64,000 bases of DNA from Vicinamibacterales bacterium (GCA_963784045.1 CAWAPZ010000005.1:330433-394432), one strand, 5' to 3'; shown: positions 29,193 through 41,600, numbered from the stretch's first letter. Numbers and translations are program-made. The notes: generated by a model not told the origin, from the letters alone.

Positions 29193-31103
29193 ATGCCCGC
29201 CTCGCTCGAACACATCCACGCCGGAACCCCCATGGGTGCGACGCTTGTGGCCAACGGCGCCACCTTTCGCGTATGGGCACCTCATGCGCGCTCGGTGCAC
29301 GCAATGGGCGACTTCAACGATCATCGCCGGGACGATGCCAGCCTGCTCACGCGCGACGAACAAGGGCATTGGCGCGGATTCATTCCCGGCGCGCGCGATC
29401 GCGACCGGTACATGTTTTACGTGGTCGGTGACGGCAGCGAAGGGCCGAAACGCGATCCGTACGCGCGAGAGCTCGAGGCGCCGTTTCCCAGCGAATGCAT
29501 CATCCGGTGTGCGGACTTCCCCTGGCACGAGAGCGGGTTCGTCACACCCGCTTTTCAGGATCTGGTCATCTATCAGCTGCATGTCGGCGCGTTCTTCACG
29601 CCGAACCTGCCAGCCAAGGGCGGCACCTTTCTGGACGTCGCCCGCAAGATTCCCTATCTTGCGGCGCTGGGGGTCACGGCGATCCAGCTGATGCCGATTC
29701 AGGAATTTCAGACCGAGTTCAGCCTCGGATACAACGGCACCGATTACTTCTCACCCGAGATGGATTTCGCTGTCGACGACGCCGCGTTGCCGTCATATAC
29801 GGAGGCGGTCAACCACTTGCTCGATGACAGGGGCGTTACACGCTACCGGGTCGAAGACCTCAGGGGCGAGATGAACCAGCTGAAGGCGCTCGTCGATCTG
29901 GCGCACCTTCACGGGCTCGCCGTCATTCTCGATCTCGTCTACAACCACGCGGGGGGTGATTTCGGCGACGAGAGCCTGTATTTTTTCGATCGGCAAGCAG
30001 CCGGGGCGGGCCACATCAACTCTCTTTACTTCACCGACAAGGGGCATGCAGGCGGCCTCGTGTTCGACTTCGGCAAGCCTGAAGTGCGCGACTTCCTCAT
30101 CCAGAACGCGAAGTTTCTGCTCGACGAGTATCGCGTCGACGGCTTCCGCTACGACCAGGTCAGCGTCATCGACCACGACGGCGCGCCGCACGGCTGGCGT
30201 TTCTGCCAGGACCTCACCTCCACAATCCGCGCGCATCGTCCAGGCGCTTTCGACAAGGCGGAGTACTGGAACGTGAACCCTTACATCGTGAAGCCGCCGC
30301 CAGAGGGCGCGGGATTCGATTCGTCCCTGACCGACGGCCTCCGAATCGCCATTCGCCGCGTCATTGGCGAGGCGCGCGCCCCGGACGAACGCCCCCTCGA
30401 CATGGCCGGTCTTGGGCGCAGCCTCTGGCCCGACGGGTTCGTTGAACATTGGCAATTCGTCCAGGGCCCAGAAAACCACGACATCGTCTACGTCGATCGT
30501 GAGGATCGAATCGCGCGACTCGGCGATCCGGGCAATCCGCGCTCGTGGTACGGCCGCAGCCGCGCCCGGGTCGCAGCCGCGATCAGCCTGACCGCCCCGG
30601 GCGTTCCCATGCTCTTCATGGGACAGGAGTTTCTCGAAGACAAGCAGTGGTCGGACAACATCGAGTTCCATTCCAACCTGCTGCTGCACTGGGCCGGGCT
30701 GGATGCCGCCGACAAGCAGATGCTCGATCACCTGCGCTTCATGCGTGAGCTGATCCATCTGCGCTGGCGCCACCCTGGACTGCGCGGTCAGGGCTTCCGC
30801 GTTGTGCACACAAACGACCTGGATCGTGTGCTTGCATTTCAGCGCTGGAGAGAAGGCACTGGTGACGACGTCATCGTCGTCGTGCACCTGTCGCCGTTCA
30901 ACAGATTCGACTACCGTATCGGGTTTCCTGACGGGGGCGAATGGCGGGAGATCTTCAACAGCGACGTGTACGAGCAGTGGGTCAATCCGAACGTTGCCGG
31001 AAATGGTGGACGAGTCTCCGCAGATGCCACGCCTCTTCACGGCTTCGCGCACTCAGCCGCGCTGACGCTCCCGGCAAACAGCGTGCTCGTGTTCGCGCGG
31101 TAA
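29193..31103 (+). CDS. GH13 alpha-amylase-family enzyme with N-terminal CBM48 (branching enzyme/trehalohydrolase-like)
   Basis: FRVWAPHA, DPYAR, YQLHVG, LDLVYNH, DGFRYD, AEYW, ENHD, PMLFMGQE. Confidence 0.9.
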   Translation: MPASLEHIHAGTPMGATLVANGATFRVWAPHARSVHAMGDFNDHRRDDASLLTRDEQGHWRGFIPGARDRDRYMFYVVGDGSEGPKRDPYARELEAPFPSECIIRCADFPWHESGFVTPAFQDLVIYQLHVGAFFTPNLPAKGGTFLDVARKIPYLAALGVTAIQLMPIQEFQTEFSLGYNGTDYFSPEMDFAVDDAALPSYTEAVNHLLDDRGVTRYRVEDLRGEMNQLKALVDLAHLHGLAVILDLVYNHAGGDFGDESLYFFDRQAAGAGHINSLYFTDKGHAGGLVFDFGKPEVRDFLIQNAKFLLDEYRVDGFRYDQVSVIDHDGAPHGWRFCQDLTSTIRAHRPGAFDKAEYWNVNPYIVKPPPEGAGFDSSLTDGLRIAIRRVIGEARAPDERPLDMAGLGRSLWPDGFVEHWQFVQGPENHDIVYVDREDRIARLGDPGNPRSWYGRSRARVAAAISLTAPGVPMLFMGQEFLEDKQWSDNIEFHSNLLLHWAGLDAADKQMLDHLRFMRELIHLRWRHPGLRGQGFRVVHTNDLDRVLAFQRWREGTGDDVIVVVHLSPFNRFDYRIGFPDGGEWREIFNSDVYEQWVNPNVAGNGGRVSADATPLHGFAHSAALTLPANSVLVFAR

Positions 31104-31114
31104 ACTGACCCCGA

Positions 31115-31936
31115 CTACAGCTCCGTGGGTGCAGCCGCTTCCTCAGCGCGGACAGCTTTCACCGCCTCAGGTGAGGATACGGTGGGCGAAACTGCCGCAG
31201 CCAGCGCGCGGTCCAAGGGCCGGCGCTTCTCCACCGCGTGAAGCTGCACCTCGTCGGTGAGATCGATCCGCAACGGAGTGATCGAGATCCACTCCTGCTC
31301 GACAGCCCAGCGATCGGTCCCTTCCTCGGCGGGGCCAAGCGGCTTCACCGTAAACCAGAACAGATCGCGGCCCTGCGGATCTGTGGTGGGTACGATGCGG
31401 CCGTCGTACTGTCGGACGGACACATTAGTCCACAGCAGGCCTCGAGGCTCGCGCGGCACATTGACGTTGACGAGCGACAGCGACGGCTCGGCGATCACGA
31501 TTTCAAGTACGCGGCGAATCCACGGTTTCACAGACTGGAAATCCTGGTCGATTCCCGCCGGCACGCTCAGTGCCACACCGCGCAATCCGAGCAGTACCGC
31601 CTGCTTCGCCGCGGCGAGCGTGCCCGAATGCCAGATCGCATTCCCCAGATTGAATCCGAGGTTGAGCCCTGACAACACGAAATCGACGCTCTCCCAATGA
31701 TGCGTTCCCAGCGCCACGCAATCAGCGGGTGTCCCATTGACGCGGTACGCAGTCAGGTTGCCAATACGTGTCGATCTATACGACAGCGGATATGTCGCAG
31801 TAATCGCGTGGCTGGCAGACGATCGCTCGACGTCGGGGGCCACGACTCTGACGACCCCAAACTCCGATGCAACGTCGGCCAGCGCAGCTATTCCCGGGCT
31901 ATAGATTCCATCGTCGTTCGACACCAGAATTCGCAC
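31115..31936 (-). CDS. surE: 5'/3'-nucleotidase SurE
   Basis: ILVSNDDG, VVAPD, GTPADCV, SGLNLG, SGT. Confidence 0.93.
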   Translation of the reverse strand: MRILVSNDDGIYSPGIAALADVASEFGVVRVVAPDVERSSASHAITATYPLSYRSTRIGNLTAYRVNGTPADCVALGTHHWESVDFVLSGLNLGFNLGNAIWHSGTLAAAKQAVLLGLRGVALSVPAGIDQDFQSVKPWIRRVLEIVIAEPSLSLVNVNVPREPRGLLWTNVSVRQYDGRIVPTTDPQGRDLFWFTVKPLGPAEEGTDRWAVEQEWISITPLRIDLTDEVQLHAVEKRRPLDRALAAAVSPTVSSPEAVKAVRAEEAAAPTEL

Positions 31937-31995
31937 GTATCACGACGTGCAAATACACAGCCAGATGCGGCCTCGATCTTGAATTCAGTGTCGGC

Positions 31996-32871
31996 GTGAA
32001 TGTCTGGATCCTTTGCAACGAGGCCGCCGGCGTGGGATATGAGGGAGACGAACTCTGCGCGCTGATCGAGGAGGCAGGTCACACAATTCTGGGTGTCGTC
32101 AAACAGTACGATGAGAGCACACCCCTGCCCAATCGGCGTGTGGAACTCGTTGTTGCGGCGGGCGGTGACGGAACCGTCGCGACGGCGGCGGGTATCGCCC
32201 TGAGAACGTCATCACCGCTCGCCATTCTCCCGCTGGGCACCGCCAACAACATCGCCTCGAGCCTCGACATCAGAGCGCCAGCGTCAACGCTCGTCGCATC
32301 GTGGAAAACCGCGCGCCGCGTGCCATTTGATCTTGGCCGTGCACAGGCGGCGTCGAAAGAGTGGCTTGTGGTCGAAGGCGTAGGCGGCGGACTTGTGCCG
32401 GCCGGCATCGCACGAGCGCAGGCGGAGCTCGAAGAACGGCCGAAGATGCCGCCATCACATGAGGTCGAGGCAGCCCTTCGCATATTCCGCGACACGCTTC
32501 TCAACCTCGCGCCGAGACCCTGGACGCTTGCGATCGACGGACAACGCATCTCTGATGAGTTCCTGCTCGTCGAAGTGCTGAACATCCGATCCATCGGGCC
32601 GAACCTCATTTTCGCGCCAGACGCCACACCTTCAGACGGCTACTTCGACGTCGTGCTGGTGCAGGAATCCCAACGCCAAGAGCTCCTCGTGTATCTCCAG
32701 GAGCGCGCCGCCGGTCGAACGACCCGGCTCGCGCTGCCAAGTCATCGTGCCCGGCATGTTGTGATCGGAAGCTGCCTGGAGCTGCATGTCGATGACGAAC
32801 GCATCGATACCTGCGATCTGGGAACGATGTCGGTCCGCATCGAGCCGGCCGCAATCGATGTGCTGTTGTGA
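31996..32871 (+). CDS. Diacylglycerol kinase-family lipid kinase
   Basis: AAGGDGTV, ILPLGTANNIA, PDATPSDGYFDV, HVDDE. Confidence 0.88.
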   Translation: MNVWILCNEAAGVGYEGDELCALIEEAGHTILGVVKQYDESTPLPNRRVELVVAAGGDGTVATAAGIALRTSSPLAILPLGTANNIASSLDIRAPASTLVASWKTARRVPFDLGRAQAASKEWLVVEGVGGGLVPAGIARAQAELEERPKMPPSHEVEAALRIFRDTLLNLAPRPWTLAIDGQRISDEFLLVEVLNIRSIGPNLIFAPDATPSDGYFDVVLVQESQRQELLVYLQERAAGRTTRLALPSHRARHVVIGSCLELHVDDERIDTCDLGTMSVRIEPAAIDVLL

Positions 32872-32883
32872 GTCGCACTACGC

Positions 32884-33237
32884 TCAGCCTTCCTCAATCA
32901 ATTTGTCGACGAGGCGAGACAGGCGCCGCCAACGCTCAATCTGCCATGGCAGCGCTTTCGTGCCCGCGGCCGTAATCGCGTAGTACTTCGCCCGCCGGTG
33001 TGTGTCGGTAAACTGCCAGCTTCCCTTGATCCAGCCCTTCCTTGCGAGGCGGACGAGCGCGGGGTACAGCGTTCCCTGATTCAGCGTGAGCGGATGGTCG
33101 GCTACCTGCTCGAGCCTGGCGGCCAGCCTGTAGGAGTGCTGCGGGCCCATGCTCCAGAGCGCGCGCAGCACGATGAGGTCGAGCGTGCCCTGCAGCAGCT
33201 CCACGGGCGGGCGCGGTTTGCGCTTTTTCGCCATCAC
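32884..33237 (-). CDS. PadR-family transcriptional regulator (acidobacterial type)
   Basis: LLQGTLDLIVL, LNQGTLYPALVRL, RRAKYYAITAAG. Confidence 0.9.
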   Translation of the reverse strand: MMAKKRKPRPPVELLQGTLDLIVLRALWSMGPQHSYRLAARLEQVADHPLTLNQGTLYPALVRLARKGWIKGSWQFTDTHRRAKYYAITAAGTKALPWQIERWRRLSRLVDKLIEEG

Positions 33238-33507
33238 TAGACATCCAAGTGAGCCAACGTATTTTGGAGCTCCTTCACTTGGACGTCAAGTGGGCGCTGC
33301 GGGTCAGCCAGGCGCCAGCCCAACCGAACCGCCGGACGCAGCCCGCGAGCGGGGTTTTTGAAGGGTGTCGTTCCAGAGCAGCAGGCCGTTCCGGCAGCAT
33401 GTTGACTTCCCCCCTCCCCCGCCACGGGAGCCAGCCTCGGCGGCACGTCGGGTCGCTTCGGCGATAAATTGCTTGCGCGCCGCCGCAGTCTCCTATACAC
33501 AGGAGGA

Positions 33508-33981
33508 ATGAAAACACACTTCTTTGCGGTTATCGCGGCGTTGGCTGTTTGTGGAGGCGTACTAATGGCGGATACGGCGGCAGACCAGAAGGCTGTTCAG
33601 GCCACGCTCGACGCGATGGCCAAAGCCACGATTGCGAAGGACGTCGCCACGCTCGAGAAGATTTACGGCGACGACGTGACCTACGCGCACTCGTCGGCGC
33701 TGACGGAAAACAAAGCGGCAGTGCTGAAAAACATTCAGGGGCCCGGCGTCGCCGAGTTCATGAAATTCAGCGAAACGACGATTCGCGTGTACGGCGACAC
33801 AGCGCTCGCCAAGGGCGTCGTCGATTTCCGCAACGGCGCGCCTGGAAAGATGCTCGACAACCATCTGAATATCCTGTGGGTCCTGGTCAGACGCCCGCAG
33901 GGTCCGCACGGCTGGCAGATTGTGGCGCGACAGACCACACGGATCGGGCCGTCTTCCGGCACGCCGGTTCCGGCAAAGTAG
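33508..33981 (+). CDS. Secreted NTF2-like/DUF4440 protein
   Basis: AGGAGG RBS; signal peptide; YAHSSA, IRVYGDTA, WQIVARQTT. Confidence 0.85.
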   Translation: MKTHFFAVIAALAVCGGVLMADTAADQKAVQATLDAMAKATIAKDVATLEKIYGDDVTYAHSSALTENKAAVLKNIQGPGVAEFMKFSETTIRVYGDTALAKGVVDFRNGAPGKMLDNHLNILWVLVRRPQGPHGWQIVARQTTRIGPSSGTPVPAK

Positions 33982-33987
33982 CTCGTA

Positions 33988-34028
33988 AAAGAAAAGAAGG
34001 CCCGAAGCTCAGCTTCAGGCCTTCTTCA
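33988..34028. terminator. Hairpin terminator between convergent genes
   Basis: aagaaggcccgaagc-tca-gcttcaggccttctt with flanking A-tract. Confidence 0.65.
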
Positions 34029-34059
34029 TTCATTGTGGGCGCCGGAATCAACCGCCGCG

Positions 34060-34629
34060 CTATGCCATGCGAAAATGCATGGAGTCCTCTTTCGCAAACC
34101 ATTCGGCCAATGTCGGAGCATTCGCATCCTTCTGCGACACGATCGGATCGGAGACCGGCCACGCAATACCCAATGCCGGATCGTTCCAACGAATGGACCC
34201 CTCCGTCAGGCGGTTATAGATGCCGGTACATTTGTATTGAATTTCCACGCCATCGGTCAGGGCACAGAAGCCGCGCGCGAACCCTGCGGGCGCCCAGACC
34301 TGCTTCGCGTCCTCGGCGGATAGTTCGATGCCAAACGACTGGCCGGCTGTCGGAGAATCTCTCCGGATGTCGACGGCCATGAGAAAGGCGCGACCGTGAG
34401 CGACCCTCATGAGCTTGCCGATGGGCGGATCCCACTGAAAATGCAACCCGCGAAGAACGTGTCTTGCCGAGCGGGACAGGTTGTCCTGAACAAATTCCGT
34501 CGGCAATCCGAGCTCCCGGAAATGGTCGGCGCGGAAGGTCTCCATAAAAAACCCGCGCTCGTCGTGAAAACGTTCCTGCGCCAACACGACCACGGAACCT
34601 AAGTGAACGGATTCGATTGACAGCGCCAT
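34060..34629 (-). CDS. rmlC: dTDP-4-dehydrorhamnose 3,5-epimerase
   Basis: DERGFFMETF, FVQDNLS, LRGLHFQ, DIRRDSPT, IRWNDP. Confidence 0.93.
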   Translation of the reverse strand: MALSIESVHLGSVVVLAQERFHDERGFFMETFRADHFRELGLPTEFVQDNLSRSARHVLRGLHFQWDPPIGKLMRVAHGRAFLMAVDIRRDSPTAGQSFGIELSAEDAKQVWAPAGFARGFCALTDGVEIQYKCTGIYNRLTEGSIRWNDPALGIAWPVSDPIVSQKDANAPTLAEWFAKEDSMHFRMA

Positions 34630-34713
34630 CCCGGCGGCACCTCGCAGACGATCAGTAGAGCAACGCGAATCGTATTTCAGTAAGTACGGTAGTCAAAAGC
34701 TGGTTGTAGCCGC

Positions 34714-36771
34714 CTACTGGCCGGCAGCTACCAGCTTTTTCTGTGCCTCGCGGAAATGGGAAGACCGCTGGGGCACGAGCGCGTAACTCGCCCGAGCGTG
34801 CTCCATGTCGTTGACCCGCTTCTCGTAAATCTCGCCCGCCCGCCAAGCGGCATCGCGCTGGTTGTTCGGAAACCGTACTGCCAGGTCGTGCAGCGCACCG
34901 GCGGCCAGAGCGAACTGACGGAGATCCTCGTACATCTCGGCCAGTTCGTAGAAGGATGCCTCGGCAAGCTCGGCGCCAGGATATTCCTCGACGAGCCGGC
35001 GATGCGACACAAGCGCGGCGGGCACCGAAGCGCCGAGCCGCTCGTCGCGTGTCCGGCGGTTCGAGCGCTCCTCCAGCGCGGCCTTCCTGGCGAGTGCCCG
35101 AACTGCCCACGGGCTGCCGGCATGGCCATCCACGACCTCGGAGAGCAGACCAAGCGCGGCGGCGTCGCGATCGTTACGTCGCGATCGAAGGACGAGCTCG
35201 GCCAACAGATACGTGCCTTGTGCCGCCGCGGCGCTCGAGGGGTGCTTCGTGCGCAGCTCGACGTAAGCAGCCATAGCATCCTCTGAGCGGCCCTGCACTT
35301 CATGGATATTGCCCATCAGCAATTGGGCTTCAGCCACGCTCGGACTGGCAGGCGTCTGCGCGATCACGGCTTTTGCGTCGACCAATGCCTGATCGAACAG
35401 CTTGGCGTCGAACTTCGCGCGCGCCACTCGAACTGCCTCGGCGCTCGGATCCGCCGCGCGGATTGGGGCCGCGGCCGGCGGCGCGGGCGCTGTCGTGAGT
35501 TTCGGCGGCGCGACGCCACGGCCATCGACAACAGGCGGCGCAGCAGGCCGGGCTGGGATGGGAGCCGACGCTGGCGGGGCCGCAACGCTCACAGCCACCG
35601 TGGCCGGATCTGAGGAACTCGCGATAGGTGCGGAGGCGCCTGCCACGGGAGGTGTCGAGGCGGCTGCCGCCGGAGCTGTCTCTGGTTGCAACCCGGCTTG
35701 TGTGTCAGGTGTGCGCGCCATGAAAAAGATCAGCGCCCCGATGACGCAACACACGCCGGTGGCCGAGGCGATGAGCAGCCACGTGTGACGCCCTTTTCGA
35801 GCGATGGAACCCGACGCAGCTGATGTTGGCTGGGGTAAGGGCGCCGGCGACGAGCCGCTGGCCATTTGAGGCACTTGTACCGATGACCACGAGACAGCCC
35901 CCGACTCGCGTTCGCGTTTGGCTCGCTGCAGATCGGCGCGCATGTCTGCGGCCGTCTGGTATCTCAGGCGCCGGTCCTTTTCTAGGGCTTTAGCGATGAT
36001 CCGCTCCAGCGCCGCCGGGACATTCACGTTCAACTCTACGGGTGCTTTCGGCTCGCGGTTGAGAATCGCGTCGAAGATGACCGCAGACGTGTTGCCGTCG
36101 AATGTGCGATGGCCGGTAGCCATTTCATACAGCGCGACGCCGAACGAGAAGAGGTCCGTCCGAGGGTCGAGGATCTCGCCGCGCGCCTGTTCGGGCGACA
36201 TGTAGGCAATCGTTCCCAACGCGATCCCTGGGCTCGTCGTCAGCGCTTCGGTGGGAGCTTGTACGGACACGGTCTGTGTCCGCAGATGGTGACCCTCCGC
36301 GGGAATCAACTTTGCCAGCCCGAAATCGAGAATCTTGGCCAGGCCGCGCGACGTCACGAAGATGTTGGGCGGCTTGATGTCGCGATGAAAAATTCCGTGC
36401 GAATGCGCGGCATCGAGTCCATCGGCAATCTGAATTGCCAGGTCGAACAGGACCCCGATGTCGAGAGGGCGGCCGCCGATTCGCTCGTCGAGCGTCTGGC
36501 CCTCCAGGAATTCCATCGCGATGAACTGCGATCCGCCATGTTCGCCGATTTCATAAATCGTGCAGATGCTCGGATGATTCAGCGCTGATGCTGTCCGCGC
36601 TTCGCGAACAAACCGATCGATCGCCTCCGCTTCGTTTGTGAGATCGGGCGCGAGAAACTTCAGCGCAACGAAACGGGAGAGCTTCAGGTCTTCGGCTTTG
36701 TAGACCACACCCATGCCGCCGGCGCCGAGGGAGCGATCTACCCGATAGTGTGAAACGGTTTGTCCAAGCAT
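34714..36771 (-). CDS. Membrane Ser/Thr protein kinase with Pro/Ala linker and extracellular TPR domain
   Basis: [34 protein letters not shown]; TM helix; TPR-like helices. Confidence 0.93.
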   Translation of the reverse strand: MLGQTVSHYRVDRSLGAGGMGVVYKAEDLKLSRFVALKFLAPDLTNEAEAIDRFVREARTASALNHPSICTIYEIGEHGGSQFIAMEFLEGQTLDERIGGRPLDIGVLFDLAIQIADGLDAAHSHGIFHRDIKPPNIFVTSRGLAKILDFGLAKLIPAEGHHLRTQTVSVQAPTEALTTSPGIALGTIAYMSPEQARGEILDPRTDLFSFGVALYEMATGHRTFDGNTSAVIFDAILNREPKAPVELNVNVPAALERIIAKALEKDRRLRYQTAADMRADLQRAKRERESGAVSWSSVQVPQMASGSSPAPLPQPTSAASGSIARKGRHTWLLIASATGVCCVIGALIFFMARTPDTQAGLQPETAPAAAASTPPVAGASAPIASSSDPATVAVSVAAPPASAPIPARPAAPPVVDGRGVAPPKLTTAPAPPAAAPIRAADPSAEAVRVARAKFDAKLFDQALVDAKAVIAQTPASPSVAEAQLLMGNIHEVQGRSEDAMAAYVELRTKHPSSAAAAQGTYLLAELVLRSRRNDRDAAALGLLSEVVDGHAGSPWAVRALARKAALEERSNRRTRDERLGASVPAALVSHRRLVEEYPGAELAEASFYELAEMYEDLRQFALAAGALHDLAVRFPNNQRDAAWRAGEIYEKRVNDMEHARASYALVPQRSSHFREAQKKLVAAGQ

Positions 36772-37094
36772 AAAATACGGAATGTACGGATGTATTACAC
36801 CCGAGTCAACGCGTCTGATGATACGCGTTCTGAGAACCGAGTCGGCTCTCACCGATTTGCGAACATTTTCGTATCTTTCGAACTCGAGTAGCAACTGGTA
36901 GCGACTCGAAAGCACCAGCGGGCGTCCTCAGCCAGGAACGGCAATCGACCGGCCGAAGTGCGCATCATATTCAGCGAGCGCCTTCGGGAATACCGGCCGA
37001 GTCGTTGTGGCCTCAACTACGCGCGCGAGTTGATACCGTGGACCTCAGGTACCACCTTCCCAGCGAACGACAGGTACGGCGGAGCCCACGAGGA

Positions 37095-37220
37095 TCAACG
37101 GCTTGGATCTGCCAGCCGCCCTGTTACGGTCATCTGCGCCTTGACCACCATGCTTGCGGCAATCATCACGAGCGCAATCGCGAAGGCCTTGACAGCCAAA
37201 AGGCTACGCTCGGGCTTCAT
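37095..37220 (-). pseudogene. Possible truncated secreted-protein gene remnant
   Basis: ATGA-coupled to the upstream gene; signal-peptide-like MKPERSLLAVKAFAIALVMIAASMVVKAQ then an early stop. Confidence 0.35.
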
Positions 37221-38620
37221 GCCAGGTCCCCCGGTTCGTCCAGGGCAGCCCAGTTGCCCGGCTCAATTTCACGGTCACCGACTGCCAGCGGCGGGACGCC
37301 GTTCTTGACCGCATCCAGCATAGCCGTCACGAACGTGTCGATTTCCTCAGTGGTGGTGTATACGTTCGGTGTGACACGTAATCCCTCATAGTCGAACACC
37401 TGATTCGGGTACGTTCCACCGACAACGGCGTTGATGACGATCCGATACTTGTCCATCAGGAACCGGGAAAGAGCCGGCGCGGCGATTCCATCGATGCCGA
37501 CCATCGCCACGCCCCAAGTCTCGGCTGGTTCTCCCAGATTGGACAGAATCTTAATCCGTGGTTCGCTCTTGAGGGCGTTCGCCCAGCGCAGCGTCAGGTA
37601 ACGCAACCGTGCCGCCTTCCGCTCGGCGCCGATCGCCTGATGAAACGCGAGGGCCTCTCCCAGAGCCGCACGAAGCGCCCACGGGTGCGTGCCTATAGCC
37701 TCGAACTTTCGGATGTCGTTGGTTTGACGGTCGGGTGCAGCCTGAAGGGGCCAGAATTTCGGAATCATGTCGCGCCGAACATAGAGACAACCGTTTCCTA
37801 TGGGCGCGAGCAGCCATTTGTGCAAGCTTGTCCCGTACGCATCACACTCCAGATCTCGCAGTTTGAACGGGAAGTGGGCCAGGGCGTGGCCCCCATCGAC
37901 GATTGTGACGATGCCCCTCGACCGCGCCAGCTTCGCGAGTCGCTGGACCGGGAAAAGCTGCCCAGACAGATTCGTGATGTGGCAGAAATGGAGGACTTTC
38001 GTTTGCGCGGTAATGGCCTTTTCGAAGAGCTGATACAGTTGATCCTGAGTGGCGGGAACGGGAAACTGCAAACGCGTGACCTTAATCTTTTCTCGCCGCA
38101 CGCGCTGGTCCCACGTCGTCAGCATGCGCGGATAATCCTGCTCCGTCGTGATGACTTCGTCTCCGGCCACAAGATCGAGACCGTTCTGCACGATCTGCAT
38201 TGATTCACTGGCACCTCGCGTCAGCGCAAGTTCGTCCTCGTCACATCCAAACTCGGCGGCCATGCGCCTGCGGATCGTCTGAATATTCCGGGCGACCATG
38301 CCCTGATAGGTGTATGGCAGCAAGTTGATGATGTCCATGTAACGCCACGCGGCCTCCAGGACGACGCGCGGGCACGGACATGTAAACCCGTTGTTCAGGT
38401 TGATCAACGTGCGGTCCAACTTGAAAGCGGATTGAATCTCTCTCCAGTAGAACTCGTCCCGCGCGACCTCATCCGTCGACTTCCCGGCGACTGCCTGGGT
38501 TGCGGTCTGAAACGCGTCCAGCCGTCTCAGCTGCCGCGACGAATCCGTTGCAATCGGCGCGATGCCAAGAGCGCTGCCGACCCCAAGAAACTCACGCCGG
38601 CTCCACATATCCAACGCCAT
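37217..38620 (-). CDS. Tat-exported class V PLP aminotransferase (isopenicillin-N-epimerase-like)
   Basis: SRREFL Tat motif; INLNNG; VDGGHA; TSLHKWL PLP lysine. Confidence 0.9.
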   Translation of the reverse strand: MALDMWSRREFLGVGSALGIAPIATDSSRQLRRLDAFQTATQAVAGKSTDEVARDEFYWREIQSAFKLDRTLINLNNGFTCPCPRVVLEAAWRYMDIINLLPYTYQGMVARNIQTIRRRMAAEFGCDEDELALTRGASESMQIVQNGLDLVAGDEVITTEQDYPRMLTTWDQRVRREKIKVTRLQFPVPATQDQLYQLFEKAITAQTKVLHFCHITNLSGQLFPVQRLAKLARSRGIVTIVDGGHALAHFPFKLRDLECDAYGTSLHKWLLAPIGNGCLYVRRDMIPKFWPLQAAPDRQTNDIRKFEAIGTHPWALRAALGEALAFHQAIGAERKAARLRYLTLRWANALKSEPRIKILSNLGEPAETWGVAMVGIDGIAAPALSRFLMDKYRIVINAVVGGTYPNQVFDYEGLRVTPNVYTTTEEIDTFVTAMLDAVKNGVPPLAVGDREIEPGNWAALDEPGDLA

Positions 38621-38641
38621 GTAACCTCCCAGATCCGTTTC

Positions 38642-41600
38642 TCAGAACGTGAATCGAAAAGTGAGCTGTGAAAAGCGCGAGTAGTTCGCTTGTGTTGTCA
38701 CCTGCCCGAAATTAGCGTTGCCCACGCTTGCGCTCGCGAGTCGGCTGTACCAGGGCGTGTTCAGGAGATTCAATACCTCCAGACGCACGGTTGCGCGTGC
38801 AGTGCGACCCATCCGAAAGTCTTTGTTCATCGCGAGATCGATGCTATTACGAGCCGGCGAGCGAACACCGGGCAAGATGCGAGGTGCATTCCCCAATGTG
38901 AATGCTGGCGCGAGAGAAAATGCGGCCGGATCAAGATACAAGTTGTCTCTCGGATCCGCTTCAAGCCGATCGGTGATGTCGCCCGCCCTCTGAATCGACG
39001 CACCCGAGACGAGATTGGGCCGCTGGCCCGAGCCATTCAAGTTTGTGGTGTTTGGTGCCTGCGTGACCGGAATCGGAAAACCGCTCTGTATAAGGCCGAC
39101 GGCCGAGATTGACCAGCCGCCAATCACATAGTCGAGAAAGCCCCCGTTGCTAAGATAAGGTCGACCGACACCAAACGGCAGTTGCAAAATAGGCGCGACC
39201 ACTAATTTGTGCGGCATGTCACTGAGGCTCAACCCGTAGTCGACGTCTGGGTTGAACTTCGCCGAACCCGGCAAATAGTTGTAGTTGTCGACGATCCCTG
39301 GCGCGGCCGAGAACGCGAAGTAGTTGCCAGACCCTTGCTGCCCCATTTGGTTGTCATCGAGGCGGCTATACGTGTAATTGAAGTTGCCGCCCCACCAACT
39401 CGCACCTGACACGCGCTTGCGCAATTGGAGAACAAGCGCGTGGTATTCCGTACGGGCGCCAGGAATCGTCACGTTGACGGCATTCAAGCCGTATTGCGGA
39501 AACGGCACCAGCAAGGAGTTGAGCTGGACGTTCGCCTGTGTGGCCAGCGTCCCTGCTCCCGCAACGCCGAAGAATGGGTTCGGAACGAGCGAGGTCAGTC
39601 GTGAACCCAGGGAAAGATATTCCGTTGGCAATTGATTGATATTGACATTAAAGCCATAACTTTGATTGTCCCCGCGTGATCCCACATAGCCCGCAGTTAC
39701 GCTCATGTTGCCAGGCAACTCGTGCTGCACATCAGCGGACCATTGCTGCACTCGCGGCGAGCCCCCTTGAGGATCGAAATAGCCCACGCTCTGACTCATC
39801 CCCGAAAGCAGCCCAAGCGTGTTCTCGGTGGGTTGCAGGAATCCATTGGGAAACGGATTGTCAAGCGTGGTGATTGGAATGTTGGTGTTCTGAGTCAACG
39901 TCGTCGTCTGCGAGTAACCGACGGGACGAGTCGCACTATGGTTCCAGGGCGCCCAATAGACGCCGTATCCTCCTCGAATGACGGTGTCTCTATTCAGTGA
40001 GAAGACGACACCTGCACGCGGTGACAGCTTGACGGTTGGCGGATCACCCTGGTGCCTGGGTGCGCCATCTACGCCTGCGTAAATGACGCCGCCCCTTACC
40101 TGTCGGGCTGCCGGCTGCAGCGGGTCAAGGCCGGCGGGAATGGTTACGTTCAGCGGGCTCACCACGTCAGGGTCGAAGTCCACAATCAGCTGGTCGTCCT
40201 TCTCGGCGAGACCAGTCTCATGTTCGAGTCGCACACCGTAGTTCACCGTCAGCCGTGAGCTCACGCGGAAATCATCCTGCACGTAGCCGCTGAAGTAATC
40301 GATGTAGTTGTCGACAATCGAGTTGACAGCCGCCGAGCCGCTCGAGGGATATCCGAGGAGAAGATCGGCGATCGCGTTGCGGGAGAGTGCCGAAGGAGAC
40401 GTCGCGTTCGAACCGGTAAACTGTCCGCTGAACGTGAAATTTCCAGACGACGCACCGAAAGACTGCGACCACACCCCGAGGCGGCGATAGTCTGCGCCAA
40501 GCTTGATACTGTGCCTGGCAGCGAGCTTCGTAAGCGTTCCATTGATGCCGGAGGAGTAGAAGCGGCTTTTTCCCCCTCCACTGCCGACGGTCGCCAGATA
40601 CCCCGTTGGGTTGATGGTCGGAAATTTCTCCTGACCTGCGGGAATCGCATCAAGGAAAGTCCGGTTGAATCCGAGGGTCTCAGGATCAAAGGGAAACCTC
40701 ACCGGCGTCTGATCTTCGAACGTGTTGTAACCGCCGCGCAGCGTCAAGACGGTCGAGTCGTTGACGACGTAGGTGTTGTTCAGCACAGCGATGTTGATTG
40801 GCCGGTTGTTCTGCGCGCCACCGGTGTAGGGACCTGCAAACCACGTCACCCCGGGTTCTTCCGTGTACTGCCGCATGTAAATGCCCGTGAGGGAGACCCG
40901 AGGGCTGAAATTCCGTTGAATCTTGGTGCTGATCTGATACCCGTTATTGTTGGGCGTGCTTTGGGTCACGTAGTTGGGTCGCCCATCATCTACCTCTGGA
41001 TTCACATTTGGCAGCGGTAAGGTAGACACAATGTTTGCACCCACCGGATTGATCCGGTTCGCCGGCGCCCACTGACCGGTCGCCGGGTTATAGCGCTGAT
41101 TGATGTTGTTACCGGGAAAGGCGAGGCGGTTGCCATTCGCGTCGGTCGTCAGCGGGTCGTAAATGACAATTTGCCGGCCGGCCGCGTCGGTAAGTTTCGA
41201 GAAATCACCACCCCGTTGGGCCGCCGTTGGAAGATGCCAGTTGCCGTTCTGCGTGAGGCCATCGCGGTAGCCTTCGGCGGCGAACCAAAAAAAGGTTTTG
41301 TCGTCCAGGAGTGGCCCGCCGACGGAGCCGCCGTAGTTGTGCCAGAACTGGTCCGGCTTCGGAAGTTCCTGAATTTCCAGAAAGAAGTTATTACCGATCA
41401 AAGCGTTGGGTCGCATGAGACCGAAGGCTGAGCCGTGCAGTGTGCCGGTGCCGGACCGCGCAGTCGCGTTGAACACGCCACCACCCGTGCGGCCCATTTC
41501 GCTGTCATATGTGTGAACTTGAACCTTGACATCCTCGAGCATTTCAATACTTGGCATCGCCGACGGACGATTTTGAATATCGGTGATCGGGAATCCGTCG